From positions 288,001 to 352,000 of the forward strand of contig JBBQFN010000003.1 in assembly GCA_038321985.1 (NCBI GenBank): a stretch of DNA of 64,000 nt, read 5' to 3'. A model generated the notes under the pieces. It saw only the letters and a program-made list of their open reading frames with translations. It ran no database searches and had not been told where the DNA came from. How positions within the stretch are numbered: the stretch's first letter is position 1; each line of letters opens with the position of its first letter. This document shows positions 50,815 through 61,057 of the stretch, piece after piece. A program made the position numbers and the translations under genes. The DNA comes from Cyanophyceae cyanobacterium (lineage in GTDB: Bacteria > Cyanobacteriota > Cyanobacteriia > Cyanobacteriales > Laspinemataceae).

Positions 50815-52713
50815 ATGAATCGGGTTCATCTAACAGTAGCCATTCCAACTTATAACGGCGAAAACCGCTTGGGTGACGTCCTCGATCGCCTGCGATCGCA
50901 AGTTGGAACCGAAGAGTTTTCCTGGGAAATTATTGTAGTTGATAACAATAGCAGCGATCGCACCGCCCAAGTGGTGAGTGATTATCAAGAAACCTGGCCT
51001 TCTGCTTATCCTTTACGCTATTGTTTTGCCCCGGAACAGGGGGCGGCGTTCGCCCGACAACGGGCGGTGGAGAAAGCTCAGGGCGAGTGGATTGGGTTTT
51101 TGGATGATGATAATTTGCCGGAACCGGACTGGGTGGTTGCTGCCTATCAATTTGGAAAAGACCATCCAGAAGTCGGGGCATTTGGTAGTCAAATTCATGG
51201 CTATTTTTATGAAAAGAAGCCCGAAGAAAAGCTACCTTCAAATTTTAAGAGAATAGCTTGTTTTTTAGCAATTATTGAACGGGGAAATACCCCGCGTCTC
51301 TATGACCCGAAGCACAAAATATTACCCCCGGGGGCTGGGTTAGTGGTGCGAAAAAAAGCCTGGGTAGAATCGGTTCCTGAACGGTTAGTTTTAAATCATA
51401 CCGGGAAAGAAGCGGGATTAGCCAGTGAAGATTTAGAAGTTTTGCTGCATATTCAAAAAGCAGGATGGGACATTTGGTATAACCCCGCGATGGTGGTTTA
51501 CCATAAAATCTCTAACAAGCGGTTAGAACCGGAATATTTAAAGCTGTTGGTCCGTTGTGTGGGATTGAGTCGTCATCGTTTGCGGATGATGACTTTAAAT
51601 AGTTGGCAAAGACCCTTAGCCTTTCCCGCTTATTTAGCCAATGATTTGCGGCGCTTGGTACTGCATAGTATTCGACATGGAATGGCGATTCAAGATGATA
51701 TCGCCGCTACTTGCGAACGAGAGTTTTTGACCAGTACCTTGATTAGTCCTTTGTTCCTGTTGACACAACAAGGGTTTAAGTCATTAGGAAAAGGCGGCGA
51801 TCGCACTTTGGAACAGCCGGATCAATCTTCCCTAGAACAGTTGGCAGAAGCCTTTGAGGAACAACGGTTTCGCCTTCATTCTCAACGGGTGTATCCCCTG
51901 AGTGGCAATCCGGGCGATCGCCCTCATACGGAGATTCTCTTAAGATTGGAAGATAAAAATGGCAATCTTTTACTCCCGAAGGAGTTTATGCCAATGGCTG
52001 AACGGTATAATTTGATGAGGACTATCGACCGTTGGGCTATCCGAAAACTTTGTGCTCAAATTGCTGAATCGGGGGAGGATTTTCACTCGGAGATTTATGA
52101 AATTAATCTCTGCGAAGCGACCCTCTGCGACTGCTATTTTGTAGATTTCCTGGTTCAGGAATTAACTTTTTATAAAATTTCCCCAGAACTGTTGTGTTTT
52201 TGCATCCCAGAAACCGTTGCGATCGCTCAGTTCCAGCGTATCCAAGAACTAATTGAGCGCTTAAATTCTATTGGCTGTCAGTTTTCCCTAGACCAAGTAG
52301 GGGTGGCTCAATCTTCCTATAAGTACCTGCAAAAATTGCCAGTCAACTATCTAAAATTGGCGGGTAACTTAATTAAATCAATTTCCGACAATCCCCAGAG
52401 TTTTAACCAGGTAAAGAATCTCAATAAAATAGGTCAAGATTTAGGCATGAGAACGATTGCTGCTCATGTGGAAAATCAGGAAATTTTGGAACAGACTCAA
52501 CGAATTGGATTCAATTACGTTCAGGGGTATGAGATTGAGCGACCCCAGCCCCTCTCCTTTAATTCCCCCCCTCTTTTCGATTTTGTTCCTAATTTCCGCC
52601 AACCGTTAGTTTCAATTCCCCCGGAAGAATCCCCGGCTAATTTATCGAGTTTAGCGGGAGTTTTATCGGAAACCGTTTTAAATATTCAGCCTGCTTCTCC
52701 CCCTACTGTTTGA
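50815..52713 (+). CDS. HpsE-like GT2 glycosyltransferase fused to a degenerate EAL domain
   Basis: IPTYNG, VVDNNS, FLDDDN, SED; C-terminal EILLR, IDRW, YVQGY. Confidence 0.85.
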   Translation: MNRVHLTVAIPTYNGENRLGDVLDRLRSQVGTEEFSWEIIVVDNNSSDRTAQVVSDYQETWPSAYPLRYCFAPEQGAAFARQRAVEKAQGEWIGFLDDDNLPEPDWVVAAYQFGKDHPEVGAFGSQIHGYFYEKKPEEKLPSNFKRIACFLAIIERGNTPRLYDPKHKILPPGAGLVVRKKAWVESVPERLVLNHTGKEAGLASEDLEVLLHIQKAGWDIWYNPAMVVYHKISNKRLEPEYLKLLVRCVGLSRHRLRMMTLNSWQRPLAFPAYLANDLRRLVLHSIRHGMAIQDDIAATCEREFLTSTLISPLFLLTQQGFKSLGKGGDRTLEQPDQSSLEQLAEAFEEQRFRLHSQRVYPLSGNPGDRPHTEILLRLEDKNGNLLLPKEFMPMAERYNLMRTIDRWAIRKLCAQIAESGEDFHSEIYEINLCEATLCDCYFVDFLVQELTFYKISPELLCFCIPETVAIAQFQRIQELIERLNSIGCQFSLDQVGVAQSSYKYLQKLPVNYLKLAGNLIKSISDNPQSFNQVKNLNKIGQDLGMRTIAAHVENQEILEQTQRIGFNYVQGYEIERPQPLSFNSPPLFDFVPNFRQPLVSIPPEESPANLSSLAGVLSETVLNIQPASPPTV

Positions 52714-52734
52714 CTGAAATACTCCTTAAACCCA

Positions 52735-53703
52735 ATGAATGCTATTGCCTTCACTATAGCCATCCCGACCTTTAATGGGGAACGCCGATTACCGCAACTC
52801 CTCGACTGCCTGCGATCGCAAATTTGCACGGAAGAATTTACCTGGGAAATTATTGTCATTGATAACAATAGTCAAGACAAAACTAGGGAAGTCATTCACC
52901 AATACCAAACCGATTGGCCCGAGGCTTATCCATTACGCTATTATTTTGAACCCCAACAAGGACTAGCTTTTGCTAGACAGCGGGCAATTGATGAAGCCAA
53001 AGGAACCTGGGTGGGATTTTTAGATGATGATAATTTACCCGCATCGGACTGGGTAACTGAAGCCTATAGCTTTGCTCAGTCCTATCCCCAAGCCGGTGCT
53101 TTTGGGGGACAAATTCATGGCAATTTTGAAGTTCCTCCCCCGGCAAACTTCCACCGCATCCAGTCGTTTTTGGCAATTCGGGAACGAGGGTCAAAACCCC
53201 ACTTATATAAACCAGATAGCTTAAGTTTACCTCCCGGGGCGGGCCTAGTGGTTCGTAAACAAGCCTGGTGTGCAACCGTTCCCCGGCAGTTACAATTAAT
53301 CGGCCGGGTTAATGGTTCTACTTTAGCTGGAGAAGATTTTGAAACCTTACTTTATCTGCATCAAGGGGGGTGGGAAATCTGGTACTGTCCCACCTTGCAT
53401 AGCCATCATCAAATTCCCCAAGAAAGATTAGAACAGGCATCATTAATGTCCCTGATTCGAGGCTGTGGTTTGTGCATTTGTCACCTGCGCCTACTCAATG
53501 CCCGCCCTGGAGAGAAACCCCTGGCGATCGCCCGAATTTTCCTGGGGAGTTTCCGCCGAATTGTGCGTCATCTTCTCCAGTATCGCGGCTTAGTTAAAAC
53601 TGACCTTGTAGCGGCGTGCGAATTGGAGTTCTTTTTAAGTAGTTTTCTCAGTCCTTTTTACTATTGGCAGAGTCAAAGTTGGCTTAAAAATAAACGAGTT
53701 TAA
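52735..53703 (+). CDS. hpsE: HpsE-like hormogonium polysaccharide GT2 glycosyltransferase
   Basis: IPTFNG, FLDDDN, PPGAGLVVRK, AGED; paralog of the upstream GT domain. Confidence 0.8.
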   Translation: MNAIAFTIAIPTFNGERRLPQLLDCLRSQICTEEFTWEIIVIDNNSQDKTREVIHQYQTDWPEAYPLRYYFEPQQGLAFARQRAIDEAKGTWVGFLDDDNLPASDWVTEAYSFAQSYPQAGAFGGQIHGNFEVPPPANFHRIQSFLAIRERGSKPHLYKPDSLSLPPGAGLVVRKQAWCATVPRQLQLIGRVNGSTLAGEDFETLLYLHQGGWEIWYCPTLHSHHQIPQERLEQASLMSLIRGCGLCICHLRLLNARPGEKPLAIARIFLGSFRRIVRHLLQYRGLVKTDLVAACELEFFLSSFLSPFYYWQSQSWLKNKRV

Positions 53704-53760
53704 AGGAAATAAATCCAGGTTAAACCCTTATAACCCCGTCAGCTAGAAGGAGAAATAATT

Positions 53761-55431
53761 ATGAAAAATTCAGTGATTGTCATCGGACTTGATGCAGCCG
53801 ATCCAGTATTGTTAGACACCTGGATGGACCAAGGATATTTAAGCAATCTCAAACAGTTGAAAGAACGTGGGGCTTATGGTCGTCTGACTAACTTAGAGTA
53901 TTACAAAGCTGAAACCCCGTGGACGACCTTTTTAACGGGATGCCTGCCCAATAAAACGGGATATTGGTCGCCTGTAAAATTTCACGAAGGCAGCTATAAT
54001 ATTTCTGAAATAGGCGCGTATGATTTTCAGGAATATCCGCCCTTTTATGCCTTGGGAGAAGAGTATCGCGTTTGTGTATTTGATGTACCTCAATCCCAAT
54101 TGTGCAGTGGCGTGAATGGGAAGCAAGTTTTGGCTTGGGGGGCTCATTCCCCTCAAACTTCTAGTCTCTCACACCCGCCGGACTTGTTGGATCAGATCCA
54201 TCGAGACTATGGGAAACATCCAGCCCTGCATCGAGATCATGGGGATTGGTGGGATACAGAGTATCTGTCTCGCCTGCAAAAAAGCCTGCATCAAGGTATC
54301 GATCGCCGGGTGGCGATCGCCCAAAATCTCCTCAAACAGGAACCGTGGAATCTATTTTTAACCGTATTTGGGGAGACTCATTCTGCTGGACATGACCTCT
54401 GGTATCTCAGTCAACCCAACCACCCCCTGTATAAAAATCAGGGCAATTCGGCAGCCGAAGACCCCCTGCGGGCAGTTTTTGAATCCGTCGATCGCGCTGT
54501 CGGAACCCTGTTAGCGGATGTACCGGAAGACACTTACATTGTCGTATTTTCAGCCCATGGCAGTGATCATAATACTACCGATGTACCCAGTATGATGTTC
54601 TTGCCTGAGTTTTTGTACCGATTCAGTTTTCCCGGGAAAGTGGCAGTAGCATCGGGGAAAGTGGGAACAACCCCACCGGCGATCGTTACCGAACCCAGAC
54701 GGAAAACTTGGACAGGGGAAATTTGGGAACGCAAGTATAGCCCCAACCCCCTTAAACAATTCCTGCGACGACAACTCCCCAGTCAGTTCCACCGGCACCT
54801 CGATCGCCTATTTGGCACTGTTGGAGAAGCGCCGTTAGCGTCCCCAGAACAGTTGCGGCAGCAAGGCAACCCCTTATTTTGGCAACCTGCTACATGGTAT
54901 AGTCCCTTGTGGCCGCAAATGAAAGCATTTGCCATCCCCAGCTACTCCGAAGGATATATCCGGATTAACCTAGAGGGTCGCGAACCCCAGGGAATTGTCT
55001 CACTAGAGGAGTATGACGGCTTATGCGAAGCATTAACTCAAAAACTCTATGCCTGGAGGAATGCGCGCACCGGAGGGCCGGTGGTTAAAAAAGTGATTCG
55101 CACCCCTGGCAACAGTCGCACTCGTCCAGAGGCGGATCTCGTGGTAGTTTGGCATGACATTCCCACCGATGTAGTCGATTGTGGTGAATTTGGGCGCATC
55201 GGTCCCGTCCCCTATCGACGCACTGGCAGTCATCGAAACCGTGGATTTATCAACATTACCGGGCCGGGAATTCAACCGGGAACTCAACTCCGGGAGGGTC
55301 ATGGGGTTGATTTAGCGCCTACTATTTTACAGCTTATGAATGCCCCGATTCCTAACTCTTATGATGGCACTTCCTTAGTGGAAGACTTACGCCAAGAAAC
55401 CGCGTCTTTAAGTACCTTACTGCCGACCTAA
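53761..55431 (+). CDS. Alkaline phosphatase superfamily / type I phosphodiesterase protein
   Basis: VIGLDAAD, WTTFLTG, HSAGH, SAHG, GSHR, DLAPTIL. Confidence 0.85.
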   Translation: MKNSVIVIGLDAADPVLLDTWMDQGYLSNLKQLKERGAYGRLTNLEYYKAETPWTTFLTGCLPNKTGYWSPVKFHEGSYNISEIGAYDFQEYPPFYALGEEYRVCVFDVPQSQLCSGVNGKQVLAWGAHSPQTSSLSHPPDLLDQIHRDYGKHPALHRDHGDWWDTEYLSRLQKSLHQGIDRRVAIAQNLLKQEPWNLFLTVFGETHSAGHDLWYLSQPNHPLYKNQGNSAAEDPLRAVFESVDRAVGTLLADVPEDTYIVVFSAHGSDHNTTDVPSMMFLPEFLYRFSFPGKVAVASGKVGTTPPAIVTEPRRKTWTGEIWERKYSPNPLKQFLRRQLPSQFHRHLDRLFGTVGEAPLASPEQLRQQGNPLFWQPATWYSPLWPQMKAFAIPSYSEGYIRINLEGREPQGIVSLEEYDGLCEALTQKLYAWRNARTGGPVVKKVIRTPGNSRTRPEADLVVVWHDIPTDVVDCGEFGRIGPVPYRRTGSHRNRGFINITGPGIQPGTQLREGHGVDLAPTILQLMNAPIPNSYDGTSLVEDLRQETASLSTLLPT

Positions 55432-55776
55432 ACCGGGTTTGGGGTTTCAGGTGCATCCGTTGGGGAAGAGTCCATTTTGGTTGCCTCACCTGACCCGGCG
55501 ATCGCCTTTAAGACCCCGGTTTTGAGGATAGTGACTGCCAGGGGGCATCACCGTCTACACCGTTTGATAGAGAAAATTTTTTCGTCAGCTAAAAATACCC
55601 CTAAAGGATGAGACGCCCCGGTTCCGTTCTGCTGTACAAAATGAATAGAAAGAGGTAAAAAAGGCTTTCCCTCACAGGGACGAAAGCAGGTTAGATACCA
55701 GGCGACTGTCTGCTCCTGTACAACCCCAAATCCAGCTCACATTGCCCAGACCCATCACAGGAAGATATAACTAAAG

Positions 55777-56496
55777 ATGACTACTCAAAATCCTACCGTT
55801 TACCTTCAAAACAAAAAAGCCTTAAAATTTGCCCTGGGTTGGCGGTTCTTTCATTTATTAGAAGAAATAGAGATGGCATTCCTGCAAGGAGTGCCTTCAT
55901 CCCTGGGTTCAGGGTTGCGCAGCCTGGTTTATAAAACAATTTTTGGTAAACTCGGCAAAGGAGTCAGCATCAAAACTGGAGTAGAGTTTTTCTGTGCCTA
56001 TCGGATGCAAATCGGTCATAAAGTCTCTATTTCCCGGGATGTGAGAATTCGCAGCCTTGGACCATTAGATAAAATTAAAATTGGGGAAGGGGTTTCCTTC
56101 GATCGCGGAGTTGATATCAAAGCCCACGGCAATCAAAACGGCATTGAAATCGGCGATCGCACCTATATCGGTCCCTATACCTGCCTCTCCGGGGGTAAAC
56201 TTAAAATTGGCAAAGACTGTTTAATCGCCTCCCATTCGAGTATTTACTCTAATAATCATATTTTTTCAAACGTTGGTCAAAATATTAACCAACAAGGCAA
56301 TAGTTATGAAGGGATCACCATTGAAGATAATTGCTGGTTAGGAACCGGGGTAAAAGTCATGGATGGCGTAACCATCGGCGAAGGCAGCATCATCGGCGCT
56401 GGGGCCATTGTTACTAAAAATATCCCCCCCTATTCCATTGCCGTTGGCGTGCCCGCAAAAGTCATTTCTTCCCGGAGAGAGTCAGCAGGAGTTTAA
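55777..56496 (+). CDS. Hexapeptide-repeat acyltransferase
   Basis: Left-handed beta-helix repeats, IGAGAIVTKNIPPYSIAVGVPAK. Confidence 0.9.
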   Translation: MTTQNPTVYLQNKKALKFALGWRFFHLLEEIEMAFLQGVPSSLGSGLRSLVYKTIFGKLGKGVSIKTGVEFFCAYRMQIGHKVSISRDVRIRSLGPLDKIKIGEGVSFDRGVDIKAHGNQNGIEIGDRTYIGPYTCLSGGKLKIGKDCLIASHSSIYSNNHIFSNVGQNINQQGNSYEGITIEDNCWLGTGVKVMDGVTIGEGSIIGAGAIVTKNIPPYSIAVGVPAKVISSRRESAGV

Positions 56497-56562
56497 GGAA
56501 AGATGGAGGAGATGGGGTCGTTTTTTTATGCTGATAGCGATCTGCCTTACGATTAACGCCAC

Positions 56563-56853
56563 TTCCGGTCCCCTCCCCTTGGCAAGGGGAGGGTTAGGGT
56601 GGGGTCCTCTTGGAGGCGATCGCCACATCAAGCAGTCTTTTTCCGGTCCCCTCCCCTTGGCAAGGGGCGGGTTAGGGTGGGGTCCTCTTGGAGGCGATCG
56701 CCACATCAAGCAGTCTTTAAGACTTAAGCGCCGGTATGGATGCTGGGGAAACCTCTTTCTTCGTGACGTGGCGGTAAGCGTAGCTATCCCGTAGGGAATC
56801 CCCATGTCAGAAGAACCCCCCACCCTAACCCTCCCCTTGCTAAGGGGAGGGGA
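56563..56853. repeat. REP-like cluster: two 78-bp tandem copies and one inverted copy
   Basis: TCCCCTCCCCTTGGCAAGGGG(A/C)GGGTTAGGGTGGGG at about 56568 and 56646; inverted copy at about 56816-56853. Confidence 0.85.
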
Positions 56854-57007
56854 CTGGATGTGTACTTAAATGTGAGGCAAATCCCCCTGAATGTCAAACT
56901 CTACTGTTGTAGATCCTCCCCACCTCGATTGGCGGTCTCCCCCAGCCCCTCACCCCAGACCCAAGGCGATCGCAGTACAATATTTGTACCGGCATCCCTG
57001 CGAAAAC

Positions 57008-59080
57008 ATGATGATGAGTAATCTTCCAGATTTTGGTGAGTATGGCTATCAGGTTATCCGAGAATTGGGTCACAACCGCGCTGGGGGGCGTGTGACTTAC
57101 CTGGCGACGCGCATCGGAACCGCAGCAGCTACTCCCGATATCCCTGCCGATCCGGCCAATTTTGTTGCCATTAAACAGTTTCAGTTTGCCAGTACCAGTA
57201 GTCAAGCTCAGTGGGCGGGTTACGATGCCTATCAGCGTGAAATTCAAGTCTTACAAGGGCTAAATCATCCGGGTATCCCCCGCTATTTAGATTCCTTTGA
57301 GAGTCCTCGGGGATTCTGTATGGTGCAGGAGTACAAACCGGCTGAATCCCTGGCTCAACAGCACATCTGGCACCCCCTCCAAGTGAAAGAAATTGCTGTG
57401 GCGCTGTTATCGATTTTAGCTTACCTTCAAAACCGCCTCCCCGTGGTGATTCATCGGGATATTAAACCAGAAAATATTCTGGTAGATGAACTGATGAATG
57501 TGTACTTAGTAGACTTTGGATTTGCTCATTTGGGCGAGGGAGAAGTTGCCGTGAGTAGTATTGTCAAAGGGACTCTGGGGTTTATGCCACCGGAGCAATT
57601 ATTTAATCGGGAACTGACCCCGGCATCGGATTTATATGGGGTGGGTGCTACTTTAATTTGTTTACTGACGGGGACAAAATCGATGGAAATTGGGGAATTA
57701 ATCGACCCCAGCTATCGGATTCACTTTCAAAAACGGGTTCCTAAAATTAGCCTCACTTGGATTAAATGGCTGGAAAAAATGGTGGAACCCAAGCCAAAAG
57801 ACCGTTATGCAAATGCAGAAATGGCTCTACAAGCCCTGAATCCCCTTGAAATTAGTCGCACGCCCCAAGTGATTTCTAGTCATCAATTAGTGCAGTTTCG
57901 GGCGACGAAACTCGGGGAACAAATCACCCAAACTATCTCGATTAAAAATCCCGTTCCGGGAACGATGTTGTCAGGACGATGGCGGGTGGCGGGTCATCGG
58001 AGTGATGTTCCTCCCCAGACTCTTGCCGATCGCCCCGCAGCTAAACCCAATCATCCTTGGATTGCGATCGCCCCAACCCGGTTTAAAGGCAATCAAATCG
58101 AATGCAATATTACCGTTGATACAAGCCAGTTAAAAGCCGCCGAAATTTACGATCGCGAATTATTATTACAAGCAAATTCAGACCAAAAATTATATCGAGT
58201 CGCTCTTAAAGTTAAAACCGCGCCGGAACCTGTAGAAGAGATAAAATTACCCTATCGTTGGCTAGGAATTTTGTTAGGTTTAGCCTTGAATACCGTCTGG
58301 ACTCACCCTGTGAATTTAGTGGGAAATTGGATCGGATGGTTCAGTGATTCAGGGTGGGGAATGGTGGCTTTTCTGTTCCTGTTTCCCTGGACTGTGCTTT
58401 CGACCATTCGGGCGATCGCCCAGAATCCGGGCCCGGCTGCCACAGGTGCGATCGCCGGGAGTATCAGTAGTGCGGTGATTGCGGCTTTAAGTGCAGTCGC
58501 CTTTGGGATTGGTTCCCTGCCTTGGACTCAAGCAGCAGCGGAAGCGGCAGTCGCCTCTTCCCTTTTAGGTGCGTTAATCGGTGCTTATGCCGGTATAGGA
58601 ACGGAGGAATTAATCAGCCGATTCCGGGCGATGGGAACGGCTAGAGATGTATCCAAAACCCTTGCCGGGGCAGTCGCCGGGGGAATCTGTGGTGCATGGC
58701 CGATTGTGGATGCCACCCGCTCCCTGGCTAATGGTTGGGCTTGGCTAGGATGGATGATGTTAAGTAGTTTAACAGGTATCGTGGCCGGTGCCGTCTTCGA
58801 TGAAGTAGAAAATGCCAAAATCTTCCCATCTAACCCTAAAATTAACCTCAAAATCAGCAACATTCCGACCTCTTTCTCCTGGGGAATTTCTCTGCTGACT
58901 GTGGGATTAGGAATGAGCTTGGGTTTAGCTTTAAATGGGAGAATTTTCTCTAATTATGTCGTGATTTTTCTCATTGGAGGAACCCTGATTACATTAGGGA
59001 AAATGATTTATCCTTGTTGGAGGCGATCGCGCCAAGTCCGGGAGTATCATGAATCGAAAGCCAAACGGATTCAACCGTAG
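57008..59080 (+). CDS. Ser/Thr protein kinase with C-terminal multi-TM region
   Basis: VAIKQF, HRDIKPEN, VDFG, GTLGFMPPEQ; hydrophobic C-terminus; start probably at the MMM run 57008-57014. Confidence 0.88.
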   Translation: MMMSNLPDFGEYGYQVIRELGHNRAGGRVTYLATRIGTAAATPDIPADPANFVAIKQFQFASTSSQAQWAGYDAYQREIQVLQGLNHPGIPRYLDSFESPRGFCMVQEYKPAESLAQQHIWHPLQVKEIAVALLSILAYLQNRLPVVIHRDIKPENILVDELMNVYLVDFGFAHLGEGEVAVSSIVKGTLGFMPPEQLFNRELTPASDLYGVGATLICLLTGTKSMEIGELIDPSYRIHFQKRVPKISLTWIKWLEKMVEPKPKDRYANAEMALQALNPLEISRTPQVISSHQLVQFRATKLGEQITQTISIKNPVPGTMLSGRWRVAGHRSDVPPQTLADRPAAKPNHPWIAIAPTRFKGNQIECNITVDTSQLKAAEIYDRELLLQANSDQKLYRVALKVKTAPEPVEEIKLPYRWLGILLGLALNTVWTHPVNLVGNWIGWFSDSGWGMVAFLFLFPWTVLSTIRAIAQNPGPAATGAIAGSISSAVIAALSAVAFGIGSLPWTQAAAEAAVASSLLGALIGAYAGIGTEELISRFRAMGTARDVSKTLAGAVAGGICGAWPIVDATRSLANGWAWLGWMMLSSLTGIVAGAVFDEVENAKIFPSNPKINLKISNIPTSFSWGISLLTVGLGMSLGLALNGRIFSNYVVIFLIGGTLITLGKMIYPCWRRSRQVREYHESKAKRIQP

Positions 59081-59272
59081 AGATTTGAGGGAAATTTCTA
59101 AATTATCACCCAAATCTGGATTATCAACTCGGTTTTTCAACCCCACCCCTGGCCTCCGAAACCGGGTTTCTGCCATAATCTCTACATCCTCCCCGAAATC
59201 TGGATTACAAATCCGGTTTCTTGCCCCTCAAACCACTTATAATTAAATGATAGTGGTTACGGTAAACGGGTT

Positions 59273-59521
59273 ATGACTGTCATTATCTCCGATGAAATCC
59301 TGCAAGCCTCTGAGCTTACCCCAAGCGAGTTTCGCCAAGAAGTGGCATTATACCTGTTTCAAACCGGGCGTTTGACCTTGGGCTATGCCAGCAAATTGGC
59401 AGAGATGCCCGTCAATGCTTTTCGCCAAATTCTGAAACAGCGAGATATCCCGCTTTACTCCTACGATGTGGAAGATTTTGCATTGGATCTGAAGAATTTA
59501 AGGGAGTTGGGACGGTTGTGA
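59273..59521 (+). CDS. UPF0175 family antitoxin-like protein
   Basis: ALYLFQTGRLTLGYASKLAEM...F...L..RDIP; GTGA overlap with the next ORF. Confidence 0.85.
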   Translation: MTVIISDEILQASELTPSEFRQEVALYLFQTGRLTLGYASKLAEMPVNAFRQILKQRDIPLYSYDVEDFALDLKNLRELGRL

Positions 59522-60037
59522 TTGTGATTAGTGATACCTCAGCCATTACCAACTTGGCGGCAATTCACTACCTAAAACTTCTGCCTCAACTCTACAATCA
59601 AATCACGATTCCTGAAGCAGTATATCGTGAACTTGTTGAGATTGAACCTCCCGTCCCAGGAACTCGTGAAGTCCAAAGGGCCGCCTGGGTGCAAGTTACA
59701 GCAGTCGTTAACCGTGCTAGGGTTGAACAGCTTCAAGATGAGGTGAGGTTGGACGCTGGAGAAGCGGAGGCGATTCGCTGACGCGATAGCTTCGCTTCAC
59801 GCACTTGCCCTAGAGCTTAAAGCAGATTTGCTCTTGATTGATGAGCGTCGGGGTCGAGCGACGGCTGACCGTTTAGGAATAAAAATTACGGGATTGTTAG
59901 GGATTTTAGTTGAAGCCAAGCAGAAAAATTTAATTCCTGCGGTTAAGCCTGTTATGGATGCTCTGATTGATACGTCAGAGTTTAGAGTATCTTCAGCTTT
60001 ATATAACCAGATTTTGAGTATGGTCAATGAAACTTAG
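59518..60037 (+). pseudogene. DUF3368 (PIN-fold) toxin frameshifted by a 25-bp insertion
   Basis: IVISDTS...LDAGEAEAI then ALALE...LLIDERRGR...GLLGIL; removing 59775-59799 restores one frame. Confidence 0.85.
59775..59799. mobile_element. 25-bp insertion in a HIP1 site (SDR-like mini element)
   Basis: GCGAT[TCGCTGACGCGATAGCTTCGCTTCA]CGC; excision regenerates GCGATCGC and codons Ala-Ile-Ala-Leu. Confidence 0.7.
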
Positions 60038-60064
60038 GCAAGGGTTTCTCGGCGCTGAGTTAGG

Positions 60065-60251
60065 GCTGACAGTGGGATTAGGAATCAGCCTGGGTTTAGG
60101 TTTCAATGGGGCAATTTTATCTCATTATTGGATGAATTTATTAATAGTAGCCACTGTGATTCCATTAGGTAAAATGATTTATCCTCATGGGGTGCGATCG
60201 CGCCAAGTCCGGGAGTATCATGAGTCAAAAGCCAAACGGATTCAACCGTAA
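60065..60251 (+). pseudogene. Diverged duplicate of the kinase 3' end (58894-59080)
   Basis: Collinear 187 bp with identical C-terminus RSRQVREYHESKAKRIQP. Confidence 0.8.
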
Positions 60252-60445
60252 TATTTCAGTCCGAATCAACCAAAGAGATTGCCCAGAGCCGATGAAGCGG
60301 GCGTTAACCCTAGGTTAAAGCCAATCTAGCCCATTTCAAGTAAGGGCTTCCGGTAGCCATAGATCGGCTCGACAGGAAGCCCCTGAACTTTTCCAGCTTC
60401 TGCCATCTTATCCCCTCCCGTAACTATTAAAAAACTTAAAAAACA

Positions 60446-60474
60446 TTGACAAAACTGGCTAATAAATGTAAGAT
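60446..60474 (+). promoter_or_regulatory. sigma70-type promoter of the RiPP-like pair
   Basis: TTGACA-17 bp-TAAGAT. Confidence 0.7.
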
Positions 60475-60535
60475 ATATTAAATTTTATGGGAGCAGTAAA
60501 TTAGCTGTCCCCATTACCTAGAGGAATCCAACTTT

Positions 60536-60784
60536 ATGACACCACCTAAAAAGTCAGCTGAAAAGTCATCTCCACAGTCGTCAAAATTGTTTGATATGTT
60601 GTCCGATCTGGCTAAAAATCCTGGACAAGCCCAGAGATTTAATGCAAACCCTAGCCAAGTTCTTGATGAATACGAAATTGACGAAGAGTTGAAAACTTTG
60701 CTGACGACGGAAGAAGGAAACTGGAACAACTTTACAGAAGCAGTGAAGAAAGAAGCAGAACAATACGGTTTAAAAGCTCCGTAG
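60536..60784 (+). CDS. Small helical protein, putative RiPP precursor (NHLP/LigA-like leader)
   Basis: LFDMLSDLAKNPGQAQRFNANPSQVLDEYEIDEE pattern; AGAGGA RBS; upstream of the radical SAM gene. Confidence 0.6.
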   Translation: MTPPKKSAEKSSPQSSKLFDMLSDLAKNPGQAQRFNANPSQVLDEYEIDEELKTLLTTEEGNWNNFTEAVKKEAEQYGLKAP

Positions 60785-61057
60785 GGTTTTTATAAGTTCC
60801 TAGCTATGCTTAGTCTAATGCTCAATCGGTAGGTCAACCTAATTTTACTGGAGTCCAGGGTATAAACCCTCTCATGTAAAATTGTGGGGTCATCAATGGG
60901 GGGACGAGACAATCACTAAGTTTTTAAACTTAAAAAGTTTTCTCCTTTGCACTTCCCCAAATCATATTTCAATTACCCCTAAATTTAATTAGCATGAACT
61001 CCTGCATTTAATTAGGTTTACCTACTGAGCAGAAATTTTTTATAACCTAATTTTACC

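Noticed and set aside
56408..56823. ORFs of 128 and 113 aa with repeated GPLPLARGG
   Set aside because: Translation of REP-like tandem repeats
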